A stretch of DNA of 63,539 nucleotides, the filler included, from Folioceros fuciformis (lineage: Eukaryota): NCBI GenBank assembly GCA_049999805.1. It is 13 parts of 13 records of this genome, joined end to end, with 100 filler letters (N's around TTAATTAATTAA, not from the genome) between each part and the next. Parts side by side here need not be neighbours in the genome. Positions count along the whole stretch, not along the records: positions 29,151 to 35,418 come from JBNGIO010004489.1; positions 35,519 to 43,018 come from JBNGIO010004490.1; positions 43,119 to 45,277 come from JBNGIO010004491.1; positions 45,378 to 50,351 come from JBNGIO010004492.1; 9 more parts are not named here. One strand, written 5' to 3'. Numbering within the stretch: position 1 is the stretch's first letter; each line of letters begins with the position of its first letter. Below are positions 34,760-46,133 of this stretch, piece after piece. A program made the position numbers and the translations under genes. The notes under the pieces were generated by a model that was not told the origin of the DNA, made no database searches, and saw only the letters and a list, made by a program, of their open reading frames with translations.

Positions 34760-35320
34760 TGGGTTTAGGTTTAGCAATGGTATATTGGATGAAAATGGTA
34801 TACCGACATGGTAGAGCAAGCAAGTAAGGTTTAGGGTTTAGCGGCAGGGCAAAGCGGAATGAGTTTGGGTGTTTAGTAAAATGCCATAGCAAAATGAGAT
34901 TAGGGTTTAGTGGCATGGCAGAGCAACAGGGGTTTATAGTTTACAAGCATGGCAGCAGTAGAATGAATTTAGGGAATGGTGGGGGAGAATGGATGTAGGG
35001 TTTAGAGGCATTGCGGGGAAAAATAGGTTTAGGATTTAGCGACATGATGGAGTAGAACAGGTTTAGGGTTTAGCCGCATGGCAGAGTGGAGTGGGATTAG
35101 GGTGTCGCGACATGGTGGAGAAAAATGGATTATGGTTGTATCAGCATTATGGGGCAAAAATGGGTTTAGGGTTTAGTGACATGGTAGAGTTTAGGGTTTA
35201 GGGTTAGGTTACACGATGGAGAAAAGTGGGTTTAACGTTTTATAAACATTGTGGAGCAAAATGGGTCTAGGGTTGAGCAGCTTAGAGTAGAGCATATGGA
35301 GGGCATTATAGGGTTATGGG
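34760..35320 (+). repeat. Degenerate ~35-40 bp repeats each carrying plant telomere-type TTTAGGG motifs
   Basis: GGTTTAGGGTTTAG..GCATGG.AGAG recurs more than 10 times, all on one strand. GTTTAGGGTTTAGGGTTAGG occurs at ~35189-35208. Confidence 0.7.
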
Positions 35321-35518
35321 TTACAATGAGTACAATTGTTTGGTTTTGATCATTTTACAAAACTTTCTACGTGCCTCTATCACATGGCGCGTGACACCCA
35401 GCCTTTACCTGTCAAGGANNNNNNNNNNNNNNNNNNNNNNNNNNNNNNNNNNNNNNNNNNNNTTAATTAATTAANNNNNNNNNNNNNNNNNNNNNNNNNN
35501 NNNNNNNNNNNNNNNNNN

Positions 35519-35579
35519 CCTTGCCTTGCCTTGCCTTGCCTTGCCTTGCCTTGCCTTGCCTTGCCTTGCCTTGCCTTGC
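35519..35579. repeat. (CCTTG)n microsatellite
   Basis: About 12 perfect CCTTG units at the scaffold start. Confidence 0.95.
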
Positions 35580-37075
35580 TCGCTTGACCGATCGGGAGAG
35601 AGGCACCGCGCCCGAGCCTGAGCCCGATCGCACCCGGCCATGGCAGCTCGGGCGTGAAGGAGCTCGGGGGCACGCAAGGCTTCGCGCCCACGCGCCGGCG
35701 CCACCGGCCTCAATTTGGGCGCCTTCCTGGACCGGACCTTCCTGCCTCACAGCGGAGGGGACGGCAGGGGAGCAGGCGCGCCGCAGCTCACGACGCGCTT
35801 CGGCGGCCTGCATGGACGGGGCCGATCTTGATTGACAAGCGCTGCGGCGGCGGGGCCGGCGGATGGTCCCAGTCTCGGNNNNNNNNNNNNNNNNNNNNNN
35901 NNNNNNNNNNNNNNNNNNNNNNNNNNNNNNNNNNNNNNNNNNNNNNNNNNNNNNNNNNNNNNNNNNNNNNNNNNNNNNCTTGATCGATCCCGGCGCGCGC
36001 AGCGGCAGCGAGGAGCGATTTGGAACCGCCCGGCCCCGGATCGCGCTCTTGTTCTGCGGGCCTCCAGGCCAGTAATTGAGCTCGCATAGGAATGACGGAG
36101 GTGTGTCAGCCTGTCGACCGTATCCTGTTCCTGTTTGCATGCGTGAGAGGGAGGTGTGGCCGGGCCTGCTCTTGATTGTGCGTGGGAATGAGCTTGGAGG
36201 CACTGCTGCGGAGTCGCTGGCTGGCTGGAGTGAAATTTTGGAGCGCCGTAATTGTCTTCTTTGGCTGCGCCGGCATGACTCGCTCGCTCTCGCTCTCCCC
36301 CTCCCCGAGTGTGGGATACGCCGTGCTTCGTTTGGCCTTGTCAGAGACAGGGCTCCACACCTTGTGCTGTTGCTATCTTGGTGCCAATTGCCGGGGGATG
36401 AAATTGCCGTAATTGCGGCCCAATTGGCAGCTCGGGCCTCTGCGCTCCGGGACAAAGCCCATTGCTGCCATGCCTACGCTCTTCTTTTTCCAGTGCACCT
36501 GCTCAGCTGCTATTTCCCTCCTTGCCCTTCAGCTCCGTGTGCTCCTGTTGGCACTGCATGTCGCCCGTAGGTGTCGTAGCAACTCTACCTTGCCTTGCCT
36601 TGGTGCTTTCCTTTTCTGCAAGTTTGAAATTCTTGCCTGGCTTTGGCTCCTCTCGCTTGCCCGTGCACGCTCCTCGTCTCAGGGACTCTCCCGGTTCTTG
36701 CCTTTCCGTCTTGTCGCTTCTCATTCTTCCCTCTGCTTCTCGCTGCTGAGCATTGTTGCTAACCGCGCTGGCCTCAGCAGCGGCGTCGCTTGTTCGTCAT
36801 GTATGTCGACCGCCTATCTTCCTTCGCGTCTTGATGTATCTTCACAACGGTCTCGAGGGAAGTGGACACTGGTCGAATTCCCGAAGCGCAATCGTGGAAG
36901 CCCTCGTGCGGTCACCTCGTCGTGAGGTGTGGTGGGAGGGCAATTCTGGCCGGTTAATGGGGTGGGGTTATGGCATCTGTGGTTGTGCTTGCAAGCGTGC
37001 TAGGTTACTGACTAGGAAGGGTTTTGGATCGTCCCTTGACTTCAGTCTTCAGAACCGAGCGACCCGCGGCAGACA

Positions 37076-40000
37076 ATGAGTACCGATGGTCAAATCAAGT
37101 CGGTTGAATCCGCTGAGGTACTTTCAGCATGAGCCCTGACCCCCTGCAACGTTTGGATCACTCTATCTCAATGGTTGTCCAGTTGCCTTTGCCTCCTTTC
37201 TCGTTTGTGATCACCTCCAAGAGGGGGTCGGTCTCTGAGGAGAGGGATGCAGTACTGGCTTGACTTGACTCTTGACGCAATGCTGTGTAATTTTGCAGGT
37301 AGTTCCTGCTCAAGATGATACCTCATCTGACGGGGGTGGAGATGCACCTCCTGATGCCAATGATGCCCCCAGACCTAATGGGATACACGAAGGAGGGATT
37401 GATCCTGCAGTGTATTATGGGCCCCCAGGTGCATACTGTGCTGGTTATGTCTACGATTATCAATCAGGTAACTCCTTACGAATGGTAGCGCTGGCCTTGA
37501 ATTTCTCAAGATTCTATGCAGCACCAGCACGTTTCCTTTATGCTGCTGTTGGAATACACAATCCTCACCTGGTTGGGATGCCAGGCAGCCGTTGTTAAGT
37601 ATCTTGTCTGAAAGCAACCTCAGGGCTGGTGTATGCATCATTGTCAGGCTACGAAGGAAATCCGCGTGACTGGGAGGACTATCGATATGTCGAGGGATCG
37701 GAAGCTCACCCCCCAGTAAGCATGGCTGTTGTCTTCGTTGGAAGCTCTACCGAGTGTGACAGAAACTTGACGTGTTGCTTGCATGATCTCATATGTGCAG
37801 TTGTACAGTGACACCGGTTCCGTTTATGTCCATGGTTATCCATATCCTCAACCATCTTATGGTCCTTTCGGTCCCAGTGGCATTCCAGCTATAGGCCCTG
37901 ATGGTCAGCTCTACGGTCCCCAGTCCTTCCCGTATCCCAGCCACTTGTACTCCCAACAGGGAGGGCAATACTTGCAAGCGCCTCCTGTGATGTCGGGAGA
38001 AGTTCCCGCTGGAGTTGGAGAACCTACCCCTCCCGGTGTTGATGGGTCCAATTCTGCTATTGCAAATGGAAACAGGTATCCTGTAGCAATGATCCCACCT
38101 CATGGTTCATATGGTAGGGGCGTTCTTCCTCTGACAGTTCACAATCCAAATCATGACCTACGGACCTACGAGAATAATCGGGGCAATGGTAATCAGTCCT
38201 GGGCGGATGTGACAAAGACTGTAGATGGTCAGCAGCGACCTACAAATCCTACACAAGTGCATGCGAGTGGTCCTCAGACCCTGCCTGCTGCTTTGCAATC
38301 AGCGGGCCAAACGGGCAGACCTAATTCAACGTTACAGGTCCTTCCTGATCCCTCTCAAGTCGTCTGCCCATTCTCATCTTTTCCGAACTGAGGGTGCGGT
38401 CACTGCATTGTTTCATTAACGGCTTCTCCTTTTATGACCTCTGTTTCTCCTTTTCCTTCCTCACTTGTGGGAGCTGGTGTTTCTCAGCAGATGCACATCC
38501 AAACACCTCCGCAGACGCAGCGGGCTCCCACATGTTCAGCTTCAAGTAGCTTGGGGCCAGGTGCATTGGCACGGGGCTATCCCCCCTTAGGAAGGCATGT
38601 CCATGCTCACAACCTTAATGGTGGTTCTAAACCAGCCCGTGTGGTGGGCAGTGGTGTCTTAGACTCAAAGAGTAACGGTAGGAGCTGGGCAGGTGCAGAC
38701 AAGGGTGGGAAGGCAAGAGTAAGGGGTAATGGCCCCGGCCCTGTTGTTGCTATGGGTAATGGCAATGGTAATGCCAATAGCAACGGTAATGGCAACACCC
38801 ATGGTAACGGCAATGGCAACCTTGATGTCCTAAATGAGCAAAACAGGGGGCCACGGACAACGAGGATAAGAAGTCTGCGAGGACCACCTGGCGTGCTCCG
38901 GCATGGAAGAGTACAAGGGGGGACCTCAAATGGTAACAATGAAGCATTGACAGCTCTTGCCAACAAGGATCAGTACAATCGGCCTGATTTTCCCACCAAG
39001 TATGAGAACGCGAGATTTTTCGTCATAAAGTCATACAGTGAAGATGACGTTCACAAAAGCATCAAGTATAATGTTTGGGCTAGTACTCCAAATGGCAACA
39101 AACGACTGGAGGTCGCATATCAGGATGCTCAGACAAGATTTAGTGGGCAGTCTGAGGGCAGATGCCCCATCTTCTTGTTCTTCTCGGTAATCTGTTTCAG
39201 TTTTTGTCACTTCTGGCCATCGCCCTGATGTTTTGAAGCCTGCTGAATGTGGTGATTAGTTGAGTCTCAACTCTCTCACCTCGTACTGGCATGGACAGGT
39301 AAATGCAAGCGGACAATTCTGCGGTGTAGCAGAAATGGCTGGATCAGTGGATTTTAACAAGAGTGTAGACTATTGGCAGCAGGACAAGTGGAATGGCCGC
39401 TTTTGTGTGAAGTGGCACATCATCAAAGATATCGCGAACTGTTATTTTCGTCACATCATTCTGGCAAACAATGACAACAAACCCGTGACGAACAGTCGCG
39501 ATACTCAGGAGGTAATTGATCCTTGGAACATGGCAACGCAGGCCTCGGGGTCGCAATTATCTAACTCTGCTTCACGTGGAATTTGGTTGAGCAGGTCAAA
39601 TTTGAGCAGGGACTGGAGATGCTCAATATCTTCAAGAATTTTGATTTTAAGACTTCAATTCTGGATGATTTCCAGTTTTATGAGAACAGACAGAGGGCAA
39701 TGCAAGAGAAAAAAGCTCGCCAACACGTTCAACAACAACGGGAGCACCGTCAGCAGGTGGACGCTTGTCACTCAAGCCTCACCTATGGAGCTGTGTAATA
39801 TGGTAGTTGAGTACGTTTGCAATTCATTGGGCTTGAAACGTTTTTTAATTGTGGAAACAGGGAGAAGTGCACCTGGCTGGTAACCTCGACAAAGTACGCT
39901 TTGATGATGCCTCTGCCAAGGTGAAGGTGGCGGCGAAGGCCACGGAAGTTGCAAGTGAGAATGGTCACAGTACAACAAACCCACGCATATTGTGCCCGGC

Positions 40001-40202
40001 TGAGGTGAACTCCAGATTTGCTCCTAATCAGAGTGACATCTGTGAGGTGACGTCCCAGAGACTTGGGCAGTTAAGCTTGACGAATGAGAGGGAGAACTCT
40101 TCAGCTTCTTCTACAGACCTGGCTCCAGGTGAGGAGGAAACTGCTTTGACATCCGACTCATTGTCTGCTGACAAAAATGGGTTGGTGAAGCAGGAAATTT
40201 AG
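37076..40202 (+). CDS. ECT: YTH-domain m6A reader, ECT/YTHDF family, multi-exon
   Basis: Y/P/Q/G-rich N-terminal region and LNEQNRGPR, then the YTH domain [31 protein letters not shown]...[18 protein letters not shown]...YWQQDKWNG...[15 protein letters not shown]...[11 protein letters not shown]. All three cage Trp residues are intact. The start ATG and last exon are inferred. Confidence 0.92.
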
Positions 40203-41012
40203 CTTCATTTTATAAGTGTTTTCAAGGGGCACTCTTTGCAGGGAGGCGTGTAGGTCGCTTGCCTTTGCTTGTTCGAGGTGCTCATGTCCCGGTCATTTGA
40301 GCCGATGACGCCCGGTGTGAAATTGGGGCTGCGCTGGGGTGGATACCCCAGGAATTGACACACGAATAAGGCGTTGGTGGGGAGGGAATGTTATGTGTTT
40401 TGTAGCCGTTCAAGGATGGTTAGTCGCGTTGTGGTGACTAGGTTGGTTTGGCCTCCGCTCCGTTGCGTTTCTGGATGCGGATGGCAATTTNNNNNNNNNN
40501 NNNNNNNNNNNNNNNNNNNNNNNNNNNNNNNNNNNNNNNNNNNNNNNNNNNNNNNNNNNNNNNNNNNNNNNNNNNNNNNNNNNNNNNNNNGGCTAAAGCA
40601 TATCAGTACTAAAAGCCTTGGCTTTTGATAATACACATAGTTTTGGGTTGCTGGAGGGAAGTTTGCAGCATGCACCGTTGTGAACGTTTTGATGTTAAAC
40701 TCCCCGACTCATCACTACAATGTGCTGGGCTTGATTGATTTGATACGTGTCTAATTCTACAGCGATGCCATTTCACACTGATCAATTTCAGTTGAAAGCC
40801 TCAAATCGTTTCCAGTACATTTCCTTTCTTTCGGCGCTTTAGAAAATTCCTCTACATCACCTCTTGTTCCAACTCCCTCCACTTGCTGTGCAAGCAGTGA
40901 AAATGTAATGATATTTCCGAAAAACTCATTACCCAATTCGTTCAAAGAGATCTATAGCGTCGTATCAGCCCAGAGCTCGTGCCGACAGCAAAGTCTGACC
41001 AAATTGTGCTTC

Positions 41013-42260
41013 TTAAGCAGGCACTGTGGCTAGCCTCTCCTTGCCTCCTGAAATATCCTTGCCGAACAGTTGTGCAATACCTGCGGCAGGATCATTCTGC
41101 TTCACGAGTGACTCCCCAACTAACACAGCACCTACTCCTGCACTTTGAACCAGAGCAATATCATCGGAAATAAAGAGACCCGACTCCCCTACAACCAAAA
41201 GGCCCCTGTCTCTAACAATTTGCCCCCGCTCACCCTGCAGTAGCTGCACCGTGTTGTTGATATCCACCTCGAAAGTTTCTAAGTTCCGATTGTTAATACC
41301 AATAAGCTTGATATCGGGAATTCGTAGAACCCTATCCAACTCCTGCGCGCTGTGGACCTCAACCAGAGCAGCCATTCCGAGCATCCCCAGGATCTTGGTG
41401 AAATACTTTAGATCCTGGTCGGGCAAAACTGCAGCGATGAGAAGTGCAGCATCAGCCCCCTTGGCGCGGGCATAATACAGCTGCCAGGCATCCAAGATGA
41501 ACTCCTTGCAAAGCAAAGGGATTTGCACCCCGGCATCCCTAATAAGCCTCAAATTCTCAAAACTCCCCTGAAAGAATTTCTCGTCCGTGAGAACGCTCAG
41601 GCACGCAGCCCCGCCTTGCTCATACGCCTTGGCAATGCGCACGGGATCGAAATCCGGCTGGATCACGCCCCGGCTGGGAGACGCCTTCTTCACCTCGGCA
41701 ATTAGAGCCGGCTGCCCCGTCTCCTCCGCTCGCCTCCTTAAGGCCTCGATGAAATCCCGCGTCGGGCCCGCAGCATCCATCAGCTTCTTCAACTTCGACA
41801 GCGGCAGCTTCTCCTTCATCTGCGTCACCTCCGTGTCCTTGTACCACACAATCTCCTCCAGCACATTCCGCGGCTTGTTCCCCTCGTTCTCCACCCGGAA
41901 CTCGAACGGCCCCACGTAGTGCTTGGGAGGCCCCGTAGACGGCCTCCTCCGGATCGTGATTCCCTCGCTGGCCGCAGCCTCTTCCGCCTTCCGCCGCTCC
42001 TCCCAATTCCGCCACTCCGCAGGCACGGCATACGGATCCGGGCCGCTCCGGGCCGCACCCTGGGCCTCCTCCGCCCCCTCGCCTGCGCAGCACCTCACGC
42101 AACCCCTCTCCGCTGCCCCTGCCATTCCCCGCCCCCTGCCAAGCTCCACCCGCGCCGAGCCACCTGCACAGCTTTGTCTCGCCACCTCACTACCCCAAGC
42201 CACTGCTGCAGCGTGCGGCGCAGTACCAGCTGCCAGGGCGTGAAGACAAGACGACGCCAT
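41013..42260 (-). CDS. IGPS: Plastid indole-3-glycerol-phosphate synthase, single exon
   Basis: 415-aa uninterrupted ORF with a transit peptide, ITIRRRP...PRNVLEEIVWYK, IAEVKKASPSRG, LSVLTDEKFFQGS, LLCKEFI, LVEVH, IGINNRNL, VGESG and LVGESLVK. Confidence 0.96.
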   Translation of the reverse strand: MASSCLHALAAGTAPHAAAVAWGSEVARQSCAGGSARVELGRGRGMAGAAERGCVRCCAGEGAEEAQGAARSGPDPYAVPAEWRNWEERRKAEEAAASEGITIRRRPSTGPPKHYVGPFEFRVENEGNKPRNVLEEIVWYKDTEVTQMKEKLPLSKLKKLMDAAGPTRDFIEALRRRAEETGQPALIAEVKKASPSRGVIQPDFDPVRIAKAYEQGGAACLSVLTDEKFFQGSFENLRLIRDAGVQIPLLCKEFILDAWQLYYARAKGADAALLIAAVLPDQDLKYFTKILGMLGMAALVEVHSAQELDRVLRIPDIKLIGINNRNLETFEVDINNTVQLLQGERGQIVRDRGLLVVGESGLFISDDIALVQSAGVGAVLVGESLVKQNDPAAGIAQLFGKDISGGKERLATVPA

Positions 42261-43123
42261 GGCCTAGGCTTGTGCTCGTGCTCGAACTCCAGCTGGAGCC
42301 TTCCAGCTCCTGGCGACTTTGCACTGATCAGACCTAGACGCTACAGTAGATACATATGCAGCTTTCCACCCTGAGATGACTTGTTCGCACCACACTTCAC
42401 TTCAGTTCGACGTCGAGTAGACTGGTGGTCAAGTACAACAGCCGACTCGTCGACTAACTCCCACCATAGAGAAAAACAGTCCGCTCGGGACACGGAAACT
42501 TTGTCACGCTACAACCCTGAGAACCCGGCTAATGCGGTTCGAATCTCGGGAACGGCGAAGCTCAAGGAACGCAGCTGTGTTCTGGTTCTTGTCGGCGTGA
42601 TGGACATCCAGCTCCCAGATGTCGAGTTCGCTCGCTGCGCCCTGTGGTGTGTGCCCTGCTGAGGAGCCCTGCACGGGGCCCTCACTGAAAGGGGTGTCTT
42701 TTAAAAATAAAAAAAGGAAGGAATCGTGCGAGGGAGTTTTTTAAGGAAGAGACCGACGGGTTGATGCGATAGAGTGGCATTTTGACGGGCTGTGACAGGC
42801 AGCGAGGGCCCTACCCCGGTGCATGGTGCGAGAAAAGAGCTGGCTGAGAGAGTCGGGGCAGGTGTAAGCCGCTCGCGACTCCGTGTGGGCCCTGCAACCT
42901 TTCTCCCGCTTCCGCAAACATCTGAAATTCCCGGATTGATGCCTTGACCTCCATCCTGTCCGATTTCCGCTGCACGTTGCCCAATTTTACGCACGCGTAC
43001 AAACCCACCGCTGTCGTCNNNNNNNNNNNNNNNNNNNNNNNNNNNNNNNNNNNNNNNNNNNNTTAATTAATTAANNNNNNNNNNNNNNNNNNNNNNNNNN
43101 NNNNNNNNNNNNNNNNNNCAGCG

Positions 43124-45277
43124 ATGCTGCCGCAGCCGGGCGTCTCGGCCCGCTCCCAATTTAACAGTCTCAACATGCTGGCCGGCTTCTACAACCTTTC
43201 GTCCCTCAACGTGCCGGGCGCCGGTGCTGCTGCCGGCCCCGGGAATGCAAATTCTGGAGGCGGTGGAAGTGGAGGCGGAGGCGGGATGGGAGTGGTAGGA
43301 CTGGGGCCTGCTGCGGCCGCGGCTGCGCTCGGTCAAGCGCTCAATGCTGCAGCTGCCAGCAGCTCCGCGGGAGGAGCCAGTTCGCTCACCGCAGCGCAGA
43401 CTGCTAATTCCACGCTGTCGCAGCAGCACCGCGGCATCTCCGACTCCATGGGCCTGCCTGCCTCCCCGCACTCTTTTACCTCCAGCAATCTCAACCTTTC
43501 CGCCTCCGCCGCGTCATCGCTAGCCAGGCAGCAGCAGCCGCTCTCCAGAATCCAGCTCCACGAGCAGCAGCAGCAGCAGCAGCAGNNNNNNNNNNNNNNN
43601 NNNNNNNNNNNNNNNNNNNNNNNNNNNNNNNNNNNNNNNNNNNNNNNNNNNNNNNNNNNNNNNNNNNNNNNNNNNNNNNNNNNNNGCAGCAGCTGCACGC
43701 AGGAGGCGTTCAGCATCAGGCGCTCAATGGCCAGCAGCCGCAGCAGCAACAACAACAGCAACAGCAGCAGCAGCTTCTTGTTGGGGGACAGCTCAATATG
43801 CTGAGCCAGCAATTGCAATCTCCCGCGGCATTAGGGCCGGTCAAAATGGAAGCTCAATCCAAGGATCCAGCGGGCCCGAGTCAGCAGCAGCAGCAGCAAG
43901 CTGCGGGCCTGCTGGTCCCTAAGGCGGAGGTGAAGCCTGAGCCTGATCTGCAGCAGCAGGTGNNNNNNNNNNNNNNNNNNNNNNNNNNNNNNNNNNNNNN
44001 NNNNNNNNNNNNNNNNNNNNNNNNNNNNNNNNNNNNNNNNNNNNNNNNNNNNNNNNNNNNNNGCAGCAGCAGTCGAAGCAGCAGCAACTGCCGCAGCAGT
44101 TGCAGCTGCAGTTGCAGCTTCAGCAGCAGCAGCAACAGTATCTGCAGCAGCAGCAACAACAGCAACTGCAGCAGCAGCAGTACCACAAGTTGCAGCTCTT
44201 GCAGCAACAGCAGCAGCAAACGCAGGCCCTGTTAGCTGCTGCGCCGGCCAAGACTGCGCCGATTGAGCCTGGGATGTGCGCCAGAAGGCTCATGCAGTAC
44301 ATGTTCCACCAGCGGCATCGCCCGGATGTAAGCTTCGTCCTGCTTTTTCCCGACGTCCGGCATCGCCATCACCCTCTCCTGCTCACCTTGCCGCTTCCTT
44401 TGCCAGGACAACAACATCGGCTTCTGGCGCAAGTTCGTGGCTGAGTACTTCGGACCTCGGGCAAAGAAGCGCTGGTGCGTCTCGTTGTATGGAAGTGGCG
44501 GACGGCAACCTACCGGCGTCTTTCATCAGGTATCGTGGTGCGGCTATACTCTAGGGAATGCTCTTCTGCACTTCGCCCGTCGTGCATTCCTGGCTCGCAA
44601 CTTACCACATCTCCTGTTATGGCAGGATGTGTGGCATTGTGAAATCTGTGGAACACGGCCGGGCAGAGGTTTTGGTGAGCAGTTTGCACATTCCCTTCCA
44701 TCACGACGGCAGTATGGGCAGATGTCCCCGTTTCGCGCTTTCTGCGAGTTGGAGCCTAAATGCTTCTTCTTGAGTTGTGCCGTCAATTTCCCCTGTTCTG
44801 ATGTTTCGGAGGGGGGAGGTAACTTTTGGTGTGTGGCTGGCATCCAGAAACGACTGTGGAAGTTCTTCCGAGACTGAGTAAGATCAAGTACGACAGCGGT
44901 ATAATGGAAGAGTTGCTGTTTGTCGACATGCCGCATGAGTATCGTCTGAATTCGGGCCATATTGTTCTCGAGTACGGCAAGGCCATCCAAGAAAGCGTCT
45001 TCGATACAATTCGAGTCGTGCGAGATGGGCAACTCAGAATCATCTTCTATCCAGATTTGAAGGTGTAGTGTCCAGTGTAGCTTGACGTCGTAACACACCA
45101 ATTCACTGCCCTCTTCCCCAGGTTTTCTGATGTTTTCTGACATTACCCCCTGACCGCGAGGTTGTTGCTGGTCGTCAAGCGTTCCGTTTAATGCCTGTTT
45201 GTTTCTCGGTACCCTGCCTACGTGTCCCATCGCGCACCTCTGATACCCCTTTCGATTTCTGATGCTCCAGATTAAGT
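43124..45277 (+). CDS. SEU: SEUSS-like transcriptional co-regulator (LIM-binding domain), partial, poly-Q with gaps
   Basis: Poly-Q tracts, then GMCARRLMQYMFHQRHRPD|DNNIGFWRKFVAEYFGPRAKKRWCVSLY, DVWHCEICGTRPGRGF|ETTVEVLPRL..ELLFVDMPHE..KAIQESVFDTIRVVRDGQLRIIF. Confidence 0.92.
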
Positions 45278-45904
45278 NNNNNNNNNNNNNNNNNNNNNNN
45301 NNNNNNNNNNNNNNNNNNNNNTTAATTAATTAANNNNNNNNNNNNNNNNNNNNNNNNNNNNNNNNNNNNNNNNNNNNGGCAGTCTTGGGATCCTCCACGT
45401 TCCCCTAGTGGCAAGGGAAATCAAAACCTTGGTTTAGTCTCAACCAGCTCAGCGCCCTAAGCCAGGAGTTCTGCACCCAAGGTCCAGGGAAATTGCGCCG
45501 TAGACAGCCCCCTCCTCAATGGCAGGTCTAGCCTCTTATACTACCTTGGCCCAAACCTCCATCTCTATCTATTAGGGTTAGCCTCAGTTAACTACCTAGC
45601 AATCTCTCTTTGACCTAAGCCGCCCCTAATTCTGACCTAAACCTAACTCTGACCTAACCCTAACTTNNNNNNNNNNNNNNNNNNNNNNNNNNNNNNNNNN
45701 NNNNNNNNNNNNNNNNNNNNNNNNNNNNNNNNNNNNNNNNNNNNNNNNNNNNNNNNNNNNNNNNNNTAATCCTAACCCTAACTCTGACCTAACCTTAATC
45801 CGACCTAATAGGGGTTGTGTCCCATGGACACCACTGGGTGCCCTTACCAAAATTGACCAACCTCTCAAGACTACCAAAATGGTTAGTGCCTCTCAACACT
45901 CTCC

Positions 45905-46133
45905 CTCTTCTCTCAAATCATTCCATCCCTTCTCTCAAATCATTCCATCCCTTCTCTCAAATCATTCCATCCCTTCTCTCAAATCATTCCATCCCTTCTC
46001 TCAAATCATTCCATCCCTTNNNNNNNNNNNNNNNNNNNNNNNNNNNNNNNNNNNNNNNNNNNNNNNNNNNNNNNNNNNNNNNNNNNNNNNNNNNNNNNNN
46101 NNNNNNNNNNNNNNNNNNNATCATTCCATCCCT
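45905..46133. repeat. 22-bp tandem repeat spanning a gap
   Basis: TCCCTTCTCTCAAATCATTCCA is repeated. Confidence 0.9.

Noticed and set aside
42500-42560. tRNA-like GGTTCGAATC motif upstream of IGPS
   Set aside because: No T-stem pairing or cloverleaf can be built around it.
10674-45277. Apparent epigenetic cluster (DNMT3, ECT m6A reader, SEUSS)
   Set aside because: ECT and SEU are on different concatenated scaffolds, so the proximity is artefactual.
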